Source of the DNA: a virus
DNA length: 64,000 nucleotides
Direction: 5' to 3' (one strand)
Virus record (IMG/VR): IMGVR_UViG_3300046804_004848
Location: 64,001-128,000 of that record
The translations under genes and the position numbers were made by a program. The notes under the pieces are model-generated. The model was not told the DNA's origin. It did no database searches and saw nothing but the letters and a program-made list of their open reading frames with translations. Below are positions 1-10,186 of this stretch, piece by piece; within the stretch, counting starts at the first letter, position 1, and each line of letters begins with the position of its first letter.

Positions 1-160
1 CTTCTTCATAATCTAGGTAAAAGTCACTATCACGGTCATAGTATTGTCCTGCAGTAGGATCATAATACAACACTTTACCTGATTCATACATAAAAGGTCC
101 TTCAAGACCTTTCATTTTAGTATAGCGAGCGGGAATTGAGGGAATAATTTTGTAACCCAT
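1..160 (-). CDS. hypothetical phage protein (runs off the window edge)
   Basis: ATG at 160 with AGGAGG RBS; reads MGYKIIPSIPARYTKMKGLEGPF...YYDPTAGQYYD; early promoter upstream. Confidence 0.7.
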   Translation of the reverse strand, partial: MGYKIIPSIPARYTKMKGLEGPFMYESGKVLYYDPTAGQYYDRDSDFYLDYEE

Positions 161-186
161 ACAACCTCCTGTGTTATGACAAGATC

Positions 187-215
187 AGTATATGATAAGT
201 TTTATAGTTTGTCAA
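187..215 (-). promoter_or_regulatory. sigma70-type early promoter
   Basis: TTGACA (210-215), 17 nt, TATACT (187-192) on minus strand. Confidence 0.75.
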
Positions 216-421
216 ACCCAATATAAACTAAAATTAAGCAAATCAGATTCTTGTTGGAAGGATACAACACGTTCATTAAAGTTAAATCCTTGTCTCCAAG
301 TATACGGACCAACACAATATTGTTTTAACCAATTTAAAATTTCTTGTATATTATCTTTGTTCTGCACAACAATTTTCGTAACATGCATATAAGTAATACC
401 TGGTTTGATGATTTCGTACAT
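212..421 (-). CDS. small hypothetical protein
   Basis: 69-aa ORF; C-terminus (F...D...FSLYW) resembles that of neighbouring 457..1239. Confidence 0.6.
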   Translation of the reverse strand: MYEIIKPGITYMHVTKIVVQNKDNIQEILNWLKQYCVGPYTWRQGFNFNERVVSFQQESDLLNFSLYWV

Positions 422-456
422 AGATTATACATATTTATGTACCTATTGTCAAGTAG

Positions 457-1239
457 TTACGTAGCCCATTTCAAACTAAACATAGTTGCATGTTCATCAT
501 TATCAAAACTGAACCCTACGGTGTGATACATGTCAGGTTTACATAGTAACTCATAAGATAACTTACTACCTTGTAACCAAGTAACCATATCATTAAAATA
601 TGCCATACTTGGTAATTCTACAAAGACATAATGTTTTGTTGGTGGATTTATTACGTTAGCTATAATATTATCTTTTTTATTTGTAAGCGTAATAGATGCT
701 CCGTTGTTCCACGTCATAATACAAGTACTATAAGGTAAACTGTAGGTAGTTTCTATAATGTTTTCTTCACATTCACTCCATAGAAAATCTTGTGCATCAA
801 CATCAAAATCATTATATTTCTCATCATTTGGATCAACAGGGTATCCATTAAGTTCTCTAACAATTTCTTCTAAATCAACATCACTAATCCACTCCCAACC
901 TTTACCATCTGCATCTTCATTACATAAATCAAGCAAAAAATCTTTATCATGTATGGTAAAGTAAAGTTGAGTATCACTTGTACGATTCTCACACATTGAC
1001 AGTGCTATGGCACAAACTGAGTCTGAATCCCAATAATTATAGTAATCTAATTCATTTAAGCTACCGCTTTTTTGTTGAATATAAATCCAACCTTTAGATT
1101 CTTCGTTAGATTGACCTACGACTTTATCATGATAAGTCCATTCACTTATTTCTGAAATCCAACCTGTTACCCCAATTTCTTTAGGTAACCCATAAAGATC
1201 AATAAATTTTTTAACTTGCTTATATGCTTTAGTGTTCAT
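457..1239 (-). CDS. acidic hypothetical protein
   Basis: 260-aa ORF in a minus-strand run. Confidence 0.7.
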   Translation of the reverse strand: MNTKAYKQVKKFIDLYGLPKEIGVTGWISEISEWTYHDKVVGQSNEESKGWIYIQQKSGSLNELDYYNYWDSDSVCAIALSMCENRTSDTQLYFTIHDKDFLLDLCNEDADGKGWEWISDVDLEEIVRELNGYPVDPNDEKYNDFDVDAQDFLWSECEENIIETTYSLPYSTCIMTWNNGASITLTNKKDNIIANVINPPTKHYVFVELPSMAYFNDMVTWLQGSKLSYELLCKPDMYHTVGFSFDNDEHATMFSLKWAT

Positions 1240-1948
1240 TTTTCTTAAACCATTTTACAAAATTGCTATAGGATTTGACAAAAGTAAGGGTTCTTGTATC
1301 CTTTCCAACCCATTCATCCTTTGATATAACTTTTGTTTTTATATCAAAAAACGTGTCACTTGTGCTAATATATTGGACTAATGGAAAACCCGCAGGAATA
1401 AAAATTCTATATGGTTCGGGTTTGTGCTTAAACAAAATAAACACATTAGTGGTGTGACTGTAATAAAAATCAAGAAACCCAGGCATCACCGTGTAATTAA
1501 CTATGCCATGATGGTGATAAAATGGAGCAGTAGCATAAAAATTTGTAGGTTTTGATGCTTCTGCAACCCAAGGTGATTGTAATTTTAAGTGACTATACTC
1601 AGGGGCAAACTCACCAAATTGTTTACTATCATGGATGGTTCCACTTGAATTATTATGTGAAAAAAGATAGTTAAACGATTTATCAGGGTAAACATCTATA
1701 ACCAAATCGCACCACATAGGTAAAATTATACCATTTGTTAGCGTGTTTTTAATACCTGCACAACTCCTAACCGTTGGTGAATCCACCTCAATATTATAAT
1801 CCTGTTCTATTCTTTTATAAACAGGTTTTAATTTTTCAAACCATGATGGATAACATTTTGAGGTGTTTATTGGTGGTAATGCTTGGCTAATAATTCTATT
1901 TTCTTGTGTGCAAGAAAATGTTATACTAGTTTTTTTCTTAACAAACAT
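1229..1948 (-). CDS. hypothetical protein, possible dUTPase-like beta fold
   Basis: T-x-x-x-C-x-G, GIILPMWCDL, KLQSPW, PG, IPAGFPLVQ motifs typical of a common phage family. Confidence 0.5.
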   Translation of the reverse strand: MFVKKKTSITFSCTQENRIISQALPPINTSKCYPSWFEKLKPVYKRIEQDYNIEVDSPTVRSCAGIKNTLTNGIILPMWCDLVIDVYPDKSFNYLFSHNNSSGTIHDSKQFGEFAPEYSHLKLQSPWVAEASKPTNFYATAPFYHHHGIVNYTVMPGFLDFYYSHTTNVFILFKHKPEPYRIFIPAGFPLVQYISTSDTFFDIKTKVISKDEWVGKDTRTLTFVKSYSNFVKWFKKNEH

Positions 1949-2481
1949 TACTTTTTAGTGTTAGCAAAAGGCCATGCATTTGGATTATTCTGCACAGGGT
2001 CTCCATCCTCATCTTCTTCAGTATCAGGATAATACTCTTCCAAAATATAATCTACAACATCCATGAGTACATCTTCACCCATTTCACTATCTAAGTCAAA
2101 AGTATTAACAAAATCCCATGATTCATTGTTTACATCATACCAAGCAAAAATACAAACTTCTTCTTTTGGACGATGTAAAATTAAATTCCAAGCAAAATCA
2201 TGTTCGGGAAATTCTCCTTCTTTACTATCTTTGTGGATAAAAATTGCATAACAACGCATATCTTTATTACCACCTTCCTCATAAACATACTCACCATCTT
2301 CATCTTCAGTTTCAAGATCACCGTATTGTTCAAAGATGCATTTGATGCCTGGGGTGTCGCTATAGTCAGTACCACGTTCCCATCCATCGTAATCATCAGG
2401 ATAAAACATATCATCAACCACATGTTGAAGTAATTTTTCAAGTCGCTCTAGTTGATCATCTTCAAGTTGCATAGTCATCAT
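1948..2481 (-). CDS. acidic hypothetical protein
   Basis: 177-aa ORF overlapping neighbours. Confidence 0.7.
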   Translation of the reverse strand: MMTMQLEDDQLERLEKLLQHVVDDMFYPDDYDGWERGTDYSDTPGIKCIFEQYGDLETEDEDGEYVYEEGGNKDMRCYAIFIHKDSKEGEFPEHDFAWNLILHRPKEEVCIFAWYDVNNESWDFVNTFDLDSEMGEDVLMDVVDYILEEYYPDTEEDEDGDPVQNNPNAWPFANTKK

Positions 2482-3536
2482 TTTTCTCCTATATATTCAT
2501 GTGACCAACACTCTCTATTAGCATGTGCAAGTAACGACTCAACAGAAAGCATTTGTTTATCATGCTGTGTACCACTTAACAAATAATCTTTGCGTTTCAT
2601 CTTGTTCTTACTTGTAGGTTTCCATAGAGGAGAGTTATCTCTATAACCACCCATTCTTGGATTAGCAGTTTTGCTAAAATAACGTTTACCTTGTTGTACG
2701 TGCATTTTAGCTATTGCATCACTAAATCTTACACCAATTCCTAATCCTTGAAAATCAGGTAAGATAACTGTGCGGTGTCCACGATAAGCATTTTTTAATG
2801 TTCCGCTAGGTTGTGGCAATACAGCAGCAAATCCTATGATAACATCATTCCATACTGCTGCCCAACATTTAGATGATTTATTCATGCTTCCACTTAAATA
2901 GTGATGTGGAGCGAAGGCTGTCCACAATTTTCTGTCAGCAGGTATGATTTCCAAAGTGATTGTTGGACGTTGCCGAAGTAACCCCCTTGTGAGTTCGCCC
3001 GTTGCGGTATCAAATACCCAATCAGGACGAAGCCACTCAACAATATCATAATGACATGTAGCAAACGTTACCTTTTGCAAACCCTCTGCTCTGATATAAC
3101 GATTAATCGCATTACTTAAACTTTTTGCTACATTGCGATCAACCACACTAGTAAATTCATCAATAACTGCACCACTTTGTAGCTGCCTAGCCATATCAGC
3201 ACGATGTTGTTCACCATTACTGCACACATGATATGGTCTACATAATGTGGGAATACTATTTAAACCAACCGCATGTAACTCATCTAAGCGATTAAAATGA
3301 CTACAGATTGCTTTATTTTTATCCCACTGTGGTATTTCAATATTTCCAATAGTTTTTAAGATACTAGATTTGCCACTGCCACTCGGACCGACAATCAACC
3401 CGATTTGATAATCAGTAGGTATGATAAATTGTGGAACTTCAAAGGTTGAAACACCTGTAAATTCATAATCAAAAGCAGTACTAACTGCTTTGACCATATC
3501 ATCAACAACTACTGTGGATGTAAGTATATTAGACAT
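2478..3536 (-). CDS. ABC-type ATPase fused to GNAT (Mom-like) acetyltransferase
   Basis: Walker A GPSGSGKS, signature-like CSNGE, Walker B IDEF, C-terminal acetyl-CoA motif [14 protein letters not shown]. Confidence 0.8.
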   Translation of the reverse strand: MSNILTSTVVVDDMVKAVSTAFDYEFTGVSTFEVPQFIIPTDYQIGLIVGPSGSGKSSILKTIGNIEIPQWDKNKAICSHFNRLDELHAVGLNSIPTLCRPYHVCSNGEQHRADMARQLQSGAVIDEFTSVVDRNVAKSLSNAINRYIRAEGLQKVTFATCHYDIVEWLRPDWVFDTATGELTRGLLRQRPTITLEIIPADRKLWTAFAPHHYLSGSMNKSSKCWAAVWNDVIIGFAAVLPQPSGTLKNAYRGHRTVILPDFQGLGIGVRFSDAIAKMHVQQGKRYFSKTANPRMGGYRDNSPLWKPTSKNKMKRKDYLLSGTQHDKQMLSVESLLAHANRECWSHEYIGEK

Positions 3537-4125
3537 TTTCACGTTTCGCAATAATTTTATCAACTAACCCATAATTAATTGCTTCTTGTGCTGACATAAA
3601 CTTATCACGATCCATATCATGTTTAAAGTCATCATATGTTTTACCTGCGGTATTATGTTTTACATATAATTCAGTTAACATGTGTTTCATTTTAAGTATT
3701 TCTTTTAATGAAATTTCCATATCACTTACCATACCACGTGCTCCACCACTAGGTTGGTGAATCATATGACGTGCGTGTGGAAGTATATACCGTTTACCCG
3801 CTGCACCTGCTTGTGCTAAAAATGAACCCATACTGCATGCTTGACCCATAACGATAGTAGATACATCAGGTTTAATAAACTGCATGGTATCGTATATGCT
3901 CATACCATCGGTGACAGAACCGCCTGGGCTGTTGATGTAAAAACTAATATCCTTATCAGTATCTTCACTTTCTAAAAAAAGTAATTGTGCAACAATTAAA
4001 TTTGCACTAATTTCATTTACTTCACCATTTAAAATGACCACACGATCACGCAGTAATCTGCTGTATATGTCATAACTACGTTCACCACGACTAGTTTGTT
4101 CAACAACGATAGGTACTAAACTCAT
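3529..4125 (-). CDS. clpP: ATP-dependent Clp protease proteolytic subunit
   Basis: [25 protein letters not shown] (Ser), MIHQP (His), DRD. Confidence 0.97.
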   Translation of the reverse strand: MSLVPIVVEQTSRGERSYDIYSRLLRDRVVILNGEVNEISANLIVAQLLFLESEDTDKDISFYINSPGGSVTDGMSIYDTMQFIKPDVSTIVMGQACSMGSFLAQAGAAGKRYILPHARHMIHQPSGGARGMVSDMEISLKEILKMKHMLTELYVKHNTAGKTYDDFKHDMDRDKFMSAQEAINYGLVDKIIAKRENV

Positions 4126-4724
4126 GCTTTTTCCTTTTTAGATTTCTTGTCTTTTTTGTCTTTCTTAACCTTTTTATCTTCTTTTCTGCACTTTAGAGCA
4201 GCTTTGACTGAATCCCATATATCTACATTAAACTTTCCATACTCTGCTAAAGTATCAGGTTGATTACCAAATTTTGATAAACTGATAGGTGAAGGAACAA
4301 AATCTTGTGCCACTAAATAAAAATCAACATCCCAATCATAGGCTAGTGTTGAATTAGAGTAACCATTTTGGATAAAGTGATCATTTGCTTTTTTGTTAAG
4401 AAGTATTAAACCATCTAGAGTAACTGCGGTTTGATGGGTAGGGTCGCTAAAAAAAGCAGTGCTAAAATGGTATGGGAAAGCAAGTTCAACAACCGCATCA
4501 TGTTTACATATTCTATACATTTCTTTCCATGCATTTTTATAACCTGATTTAGACAAATGTTCTAATACATGATGAGCAACAATATGTTCAATAGAATTAT
4601 CTTCAAAAGGCCAATTTGCTTGTTCTAAATCTAATTGTATATCAGTCTTAACAAGGGTACTAACATCAACGTTTATAAAACCATCTATATATTTGTTACC
4701 ACATCCCAAATTAATCTTTTTCAT
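4122..4724 (-). CDS. class I SAM-dependent methyltransferase
   Basis: INLGCG, HHVLEHL, DPTH motifs. Confidence 0.8.
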   Translation of the reverse strand: MKKINLGCGNKYIDGFINVDVSTLVKTDIQLDLEQANWPFEDNSIEHIVAHHVLEHLSKSGYKNAWKEMYRICKHDAVVELAFPYHFSTAFFSDPTHQTAVTLDGLILLNKKANDHFIQNGYSNSTLAYDWDVDFYLVAQDFVPSPISLSKFGNQPDTLAEYGKFNVDIWDSVKAALKCRKEDKKVKKDKKDKKSKKEKA

Positions 4725-5197
4725 TCTTCAACCTCTATCCATGTATAATCACCTAACCATTTAACTTTAGTAATATACTCATAATGTGCGGGTACACCCG
4801 TTGACCAATCTTTAGGACCAAGCAACGATAGACGTGTTTTTTGTATCTGACTATCAAACAATAACCAATATGTTTGACCGTGAGCTATTTGAAACCTATA
4901 TTCTGCTGCGTGAACCCAATCTGTAATATCTAACCTACGTTTAATTTGTGCTGCTTGATCTTGTAAAACATTTACAAGTTGCATAATCCTATCATATTCT
5001 TGCTGAGCATGCAACCTTGCAACGTTAAGCATAATATCTTTTTGTTGCGTAATGGGAACAAGGTCAAACTTTGGCGCACTAACTTCAACAGGATATTCTG
5101 TTACATTTCTATTGATAAAAATCGCAGGTAAACCTCCAATTTCAGAATCGTAACTTGTTCTACCCTTCATTGAGTTGGGTTTTTTATCTTCAGACAT
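4721..5197 (-). CDS. DUF2452-like hypothetical protein
   Basis: GQTYWL...LSLLGPKDW...DYTW pattern. Confidence 0.55.
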   Translation of the reverse strand: MSEDKKPNSMKGRTSYDSEIGGLPAIFINRNVTEYPVEVSAPKFDLVPITQQKDIMLNVARLHAQQEYDRIMQLVNVLQDQAAQIKRRLDITDWVHAAEYRFQIAHGQTYWLLFDSQIQKTRLSLLGPKDWSTGVPAHYEYITKVKWLGDYTWIEVEE

Positions 5198-5385
5198 GGT
5201 ATATTATATCGTATAATTGTTTAGAAACAATCATAAACTTATCCAATTATATGATTTTTTGCTCATATTTTGGTGGTAAAGGAGCATCCATAAGTTAAAC
5301 AATCTTAGAATTTTTCACAGTTATATTTACCAAAATAAAAAGCCGTAGATAATTTGGTTAAATACTATACTAAGGAGATATTAAA

Positions 5386-5688
5386 ATGCTAGAAAAATTT
5401 GGCAAATTTTTAAGAGAATTATTTATTCACGGACCTAAAGGTTTAGAACCTGCACCACCTGCTGAAGCTAAACCCCTTGAGGCTAAACCTGCTCAAGATA
5501 GAGTAGAAGCACCTGCGCCAAAAGCGGAACTTAAACCTGTGCCTAAAGATAATGTTGTCATTGCACCTATTAAAAAAGAAAGAAAACCTGCAGCTAAAAA
5601 ACCTGCAGCAAAACCTGCATCTGAAGCAAAACCTAAGGCAGCACCTAAAGTAACTAAAGCGAAAAAACCACCTACTGCTAAAAAATAA
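5386..5688 (+). CDS. Lys/Ala/Pro-rich basic protein (histone-like)
   Basis: KKPAAK repeats; TAAATA at 5359-5364 and AAGGAG RBS. Confidence 0.7.
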   Translation: MLEKFGKFLRELFIHGPKGLEPAPPAEAKPLEAKPAQDRVEAPAPKAELKPVPKDNVVIAPIKKERKPAAKKPAAKPASEAKPKAAPKVTKAKKPPTAKK

Positions 5689-5692
5689 CTGA

Positions 5693-6397
5693 ATGGATAT
5701 TCCGTTTTCATTAGATTTAATCAGTGATTTAAATTTATCAGACGATGAGCAATTTGATTGGACAGGTAACCAAACTTCATTATTTTGTATAGTAGCAGGT
5801 AATGTTGCACCAAGTTTAAGAAAATTACATCAGGTTTTAACACATTTAGGTACGCTATACAGGGGCGTTCTTTATATTGATGGGCAGCTTGAACATCAAA
5901 ATATACAACATTATGAGTCAAGAGTTGATCAAATTAAAACATTATGTGCCCCTATTCAAAATGTTATATACTTACATCAGCATGTAGTCATACTTAATGG
6001 TATAGCTTTTGTTGCAATTAATGGATGGTATCCTGTAAATTATCATAGTTACGATGCTACTCAACAAATGTATATTGATGCTCTTCGTATTAAAGATTTA
6101 GAATACCTTACTAGAACTATTAAAAACTTACAATCACATAATGATGCTAAACGTATATGCGTTATAACTAATAGTATACCAAGCGAACAATTAACATTTA
6201 AAGACCCTGATAATCATCTGCCTGACCCAATTGGTATCATTGTTTCATTAATGTCTGACATTAATCACAAAGTTGACCATTGGGTGTTTGGAAACTATAA
6301 TAAAATTATTGATGGTGTATATAATGGTAGACGGTATGTCAATAACCCCAAACTTCAAAATCAACCCTATTGGCCTAAACGAATTGTTTTAGGTTAA
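5693..6397 (+). CDS. calcineurin-like metallophosphoesterase homolog with degenerate active site
   Basis: motif order ISDLNL / VAGN / GQLEH / ITNS / WVFGNY / NNP matches SDLH / AGD / GNHE / THH / GHTH / NP. Confidence 0.65.
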   Translation: MDIPFSLDLISDLNLSDDEQFDWTGNQTSLFCIVAGNVAPSLRKLHQVLTHLGTLYRGVLYIDGQLEHQNIQHYESRVDQIKTLCAPIQNVIYLHQHVVILNGIAFVAINGWYPVNYHSYDATQQMYIDALRIKDLEYLTRTIKNLQSHNDAKRICVITNSIPSEQLTFKDPDNHLPDPIGIIVSLMSDINHKVDHWVFGNYNKIIDGVYNGRRYVNNPKLQNQPYWPKRIVLG

Positions 6398-6711
6398 TCA
6401 TCTACCTCTAGTTTAATTTGTAGTGGAAAACCATTAGAACGTGCTTCCATAGTCACTTCAATGCCTTTTTGTTCAGCAATTTCATACGGTAACACAGCAA
6501 CTACAGCACTGCCTGATTCATGTATATTATTAGTAATATCTATCGCAGTTTCTGCAGTGTATTGAAAATGGCTAATTAAAGTTGCAACAACAAATTCCAT
6601 GGTTGTAACACTATCATTGATGTAAATAATTTTATATAAAGGTGGTTGTGCCAACTTCATATTGGGTTTAATTCTTGTTTTTACATCACTTTTAGTATCA
6701 ATTTTAGCCAT
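6394..6711 (-). CDS. clpS: N-degron adaptor ClpS
   Basis: PPLYKIIYINDSVTTMEFVV...IHESGSAVV...YEIAEQK...GFPL. Confidence 0.92.
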   Translation of the reverse strand: MAKIDTKSDVKTRIKPNMKLAQPPLYKIIYINDSVTTMEFVVATLISHFQYTAETAIDITNNIHESGSAVVAVLPYEIAEQKGIEVTMEARSNGFPLQIKLEVDD

Positions 6712-6780
6712 ATATATTCCTCTTAAATGTGAGAGGACAGCGTAGCAAACTACGCTGTTTACTCTGTATTTATTATTTTA

Positions 6781-7230
6781 TCACTTTGTATACGTGATTG
6801 CAATAGATTTTGGTTTCTTTTCTTCAGGAACTTTACGCTCTAGCGTAACACTTAAGATACCATTTTCTTGTATGGCACTAGTTACTTCAACATATTCAGC
6901 AATAGGCCATGAACGCTCAAATGAACGTGAGCCAATACCTTGATGAATATATTTGGTTTCTTGACCCTCTACTGTAGCAACTTGTCGCTTACCTTTAATA
7001 ATTAAGCTACGATTATGTACAGTAATATCAATTTCACCCTCTTTGAATCCTGCTACCGCAAGTTCAACAATATACTTGTCATCAGTTACTTCAATGACAT
7101 TGTATGGTGGGTAATTGGTAGTGATAGTTCCTTCATGTAAACGTGAAAGTTCATCAAACATACGGTCAAAACCAATACCAAATTTTGTGATTGTAGGAAT
7201 ATCAAACGAACGAAGTGTAAGATTTGTCAT
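6781..7230 (-). CDS. small heat shock protein (Hsp20, IbpA-like)
   Basis: IGFDRMF, NYPPYNV, ELAVAGF, NGILSV, VPEEKKP. Confidence 0.95.
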   Translation of the reverse strand: MTNLTLRSFDIPTITKFGIGFDRMFDELSRLHEGTITTNYPPYNVIEVTDDKYIVELAVAGFKEGEIDITVHNRSLIIKGKRQVATVEGQETKYIHQGIGSRSFERSWPIAEYVEVTSAIQENGILSVTLERKVPEEKKPKSIAITYTK

Positions 7231-7295
7231 GTTATTTCTCCTTTATTTAAGCAAGATGACATTTGAATGTAGACCCAACCATTGGCATCTACATT
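7225..7295 (-). promoter_or_regulatory. ROSE-like RNA thermometer in the hsp20 leader
   Basis: UCUUGCUU pairs with AAGGAGA with a bulged G; UGUCAU pairs with AUGACA; upstream hairpin AATGTAGA...TCTACATT. Confidence 0.7.
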
Positions 7296-7330
7296 AATAT
7301 ATATTTTACATTTTTTCGCAATATATGCTA

Positions 7331-8443
7331 TTATTTTTGGATAAACACATCATTGATTTGACGGTTTACTCTGATAAATGTAGTGCATTTAGGTAGTTGT
7401 TTAAGATTAGCTGCGCCAACATAGGTACACGTGCTGCGTAAGCCACCTAATATATCAAGTACAGTATTTTTAACTTGTCCTTTATAAGGTATTTCTACTG
7501 TACGTCCTTCGCTAGAACGATACTCTGCTACACCACCATGTGTTTTATTCATAGCAGTATCGCTACTCATGCCATAAAATTGTACGAATTTTTTAATGTC
7601 TAACATTGGTTCCATTTCATGGCTATGAGTATTATCATCATTCCAAACTGTAAGTGGATTAATTTCTGATGTATTATAATATTTTGTAATAACTTCTCCA
7701 CCACCTTCATCGTGTCCACCAAACATGCCACCTAACATTACAAAATCTGCTCCTGCACCAAAAGCCTTTGCAACATCCCCAGGACAAGTACACCCTCCAT
7801 CAGCAATAATATGTCCACCAAGACCATGAGCGGCATCTGCACATTCAATAATTGCACTAAGTTGAGGATAACCCACACCTGTTTGTACCCTAGTAGTGCA
7901 AACACTGCCTGGACCAATCCCCACTTTCACAATATCTGCTCCACGTAATATTAACTCCTGTGTCATATCTGCTGTAACTACATTACCTGCAATAATTGTT
8001 TTATCAGGCCAACGTGTTCTAACTTGTTCTACAAAGTCACCAAAATGTTCACTATACCCATTGGCTACATCAATACAAATAAATTGAGCACCAATACCTG
8101 TGATAATAGTGTTTAAGTTACGAAAATCTTCTTCACTAGTTCCTGTACTAACAGCATAATCATCTTTGTTTACATTAAATTCAGAAAAATTTTCAATGTC
8201 TTTGTTATAGGTTTTAATAAGGCAGGTAAATAACCTATGTTGACTTAATGTTTCTGCCATTTTTAAAGTGCCAACACCATCCATATTAGCAGCCATAATA
8301 GGAATACCTTCGTATTCATAACGGCTGTGTTTAAACCTATAAAATCTTAGCAAATCTACTTCTTTACGACTTGATAGTGTGCTTCGCTTTGGACGAATCA
8401 ATACATCCTTGAAATCAAGTAAGATTTCATTTTCAATTCTCAT
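7331..8443 (-). CDS. guaC: GMP reductase
   Basis: [43 protein letters not shown]. Confidence 0.96.
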   Translation of the reverse strand: MRIENEILLDFKDVLIRPKRSTLSSRKEVDLLRFYRFKHSRYEYEGIPIMAANMDGVGTLKMAETLSQHRLFTCLIKTYNKDIENFSEFNVNKDDYAVSTGTSEEDFRNLNTIITGIGAQFICIDVANGYSEHFGDFVEQVRTRWPDKTIIAGNVVTADMTQELILRGADIVKVGIGPGSVCTTRVQTGVGYPQLSAIIECADAAHGLGGHIIADGGCTCPGDVAKAFGAGADFVMLGGMFGGHDEGGGEVITKYYNTSEINPLTVWNDDNTHSHEMEPMLDIKKFVQFYGMSSDTAMNKTHGGVAEYRSSEGRTVEIPYKGQVKNTVLDILGGLRSTCTYVGAANLKQLPKCTTFIRVNRQINDVFIQK

Positions 8444-8453
8444 GGGATTCCTT

Positions 8454-8654
8454 TTAAATAATTAAAAACATTAGAAAAAATGCTGATATTAATAAGAACA
8501 ATACACCAACTTCTTCACGAATATCTAGTTCTTTGTTAATTTGTTCTATATCTTGTGGTGGCATACTCATTTTAACCTGTGGGTCAACATTCCATCGTGA
8601 ACTTGAAAGTGTAACCACTCCTGCAATAAAAAATACTACAAAAAATATAATCAT
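8454..8654 (-). CDS. small membrane protein
   Basis: two hydrophobic segments. Confidence 0.55.
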   Translation of the reverse strand: MIIFFVVFFIAGVVTLSSSRWNVDPQVKMSMPPQDIEQINKELDIREEVGVLFLLISAFFLMFLII

Positions 8655-8659
8655 AATGT

Positions 8660-9412
8660 TTAAATTTTATCTTTTATAAAATTAGATAAATCGCTTTCCC
8701 ATACAATTGTTACAGTATATCCCAATGATTCAAAATATTTTTGTCTTTGATAATCTTCATTCCATTTTTCCTTGGCTGTTTTTTTAAGTTGATGATGGTA
8801 GAAATCTGCGTGAAATATATTAGGATTACAATGCCAATAGTCACCATAAACTTCTATGATTGACATAGTTTCTTTGTTTACATAATCAGGCTTATACTTA
8901 CCTATTTTTATATTTGGTTGATAACTTGGTAAAATATTTTCTAAAAGTTTTTCTTTTTTACTTCTAGACGATTGCTTTGCTAATTCAAACGCACATGTAA
9001 CTCCGTATTTTTCTAATACAGTTTTATCTCTTTTTGAATAATATTCTGACTTATGTTTTTTGCCAAAAAAGGGCTGTAATTCTGTGGGCAATTCTTTATT
9101 CCAAGGTATTTGTAATCCAACGGCATTTTTATTCCATGGAACTCTTCCTTTACATGCATTAGATAAATTCTTGATCCACGATTCTCTATTTTCCTCTCTA
9201 GTTTTGTATCTACAAGAATTCCAAATTCTAGATTCTTTCATTTCTGGATTTCTTTTCCAATGTAATTGTGCTGAACAAGATTTGGAACAACATTCAGTCG
9301 CAGATCTTTTAACAAAATTATCGCACATTGGGCACTGCTTATGACCTTTTTGATACCCACTCTTATTATCTTTTCTTAAAGATATTCCACATCCACATTT
9401 ACAAATATTCAT
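8660..9412 (-). mobile_element. free-standing homing endonuclease (NUMOD-like repeats plus Vsr/DUF559-type nuclease)
   Basis: CKCGCG, PWNK repeats, PFFGKKH, PD...IEVYGDYWH...GYTVTIVWE. Confidence 0.75.
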
Positions 9413-9438
9413 AACTTTATTTATTAAAGTTATTTGTT

Positions 9439-9825
9439 CTATGTTAGATTATGTTTTTTCTTGTAATCTGCTATTGCGGCTTCTATAGCAGACTCAGCCA
9501 AAATTGAACAATGAATCTTCAATGGCGGGAGTGCGAGTTCCTCTGCAATTTTCGTATTCTTGATAGACGTTGCTTCGTCCAAAGTTTTACCCTTAACCCA
9601 CTCCGTAACCAACGAACTACTTGCAATCGCTGAGCCACATCCATACGTCTTAAAACGTGCATCTGTAATAACACCATCTTCATTCACCTTAATTTGAAGT
9701 TTCATTACATCACCGCAAGCAGGTGCCCCAACCATACCTGTACCAATGGAAGTATCAGACTTATCAAAACTGCCCACATTTCTTGGATTTTCATAATGAT
9801 CAATAACCTGTTCACTGTATGCCAT
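9439..9825 (-). CDS. iscU: Fe-S cluster scaffold IscU
   Basis: MAYSEQVIDHYENPRNVG, GAPACGDVM, KTYGCGSAIAS, LPPLKIHCS. Confidence 0.97.
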   Translation of the reverse strand: MAYSEQVIDHYENPRNVGSFDKSDTSIGTGMVGAPACGDVMKLQIKVNEDGVITDARFKTYGCGSAIASSSLVTEWVKGKTLDEATSIKNTKIAEELALPPLKIHCSILAESAIEAAIADYKKKHNLT

Positions 9826-9976
9826 CTTTTTTCTCCATGGGTATTGTAGTTTCTAAATTTTCTTGTCTTGGAGGATTATCGTTATACTTAGTTAAAAAAT
9901 TCTGCCACGCCTCTTCTTCTTCGGGACTTACTTCAATTTCCATCCATTTTAGGTGACTATCGTTCATACCACACCT

Positions 9977-10186
9977 CTAATAAAGTTTTGTAGGTAATTC
10001 CTGTGTACGTAAATATTTTTTCCAACGACTTACTGCTTTGCCTCTAGCAATTTTTCTAGCGATGCTAGGTTTAGTATACTCTTGACGATCACGTAATTCT
10101 TGCATAATACCACTTTCAAGAACTTTCTTCTTGAATTTTCTTATGCCACTTTCAAATGACTGTCCTTCACGTATTACAACTTTCAT
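9977..10186 (-). CDS. rpsU: 30S ribosomal protein bS21
   Basis: 69 aa, basic; IRKFKKKV..SGIMQELRDRQEYTKPS. Confidence 0.9.
   Translation of the reverse strand: MKVVIREGQSFESGIRKFKKKVLESGIMQELRDRQEYTKPSIARKIARGKAVSRWKKYLRTQELPTKLY

Noticed and set aside
6737-6758. Palindrome acagcgtagcaaactacgctgt as a novel ncRNA or operator
   Set aside because: A single short hairpin between hsp20 and clpS; a terminator or leader hairpin is sufficient explanation and no second copy was seen.
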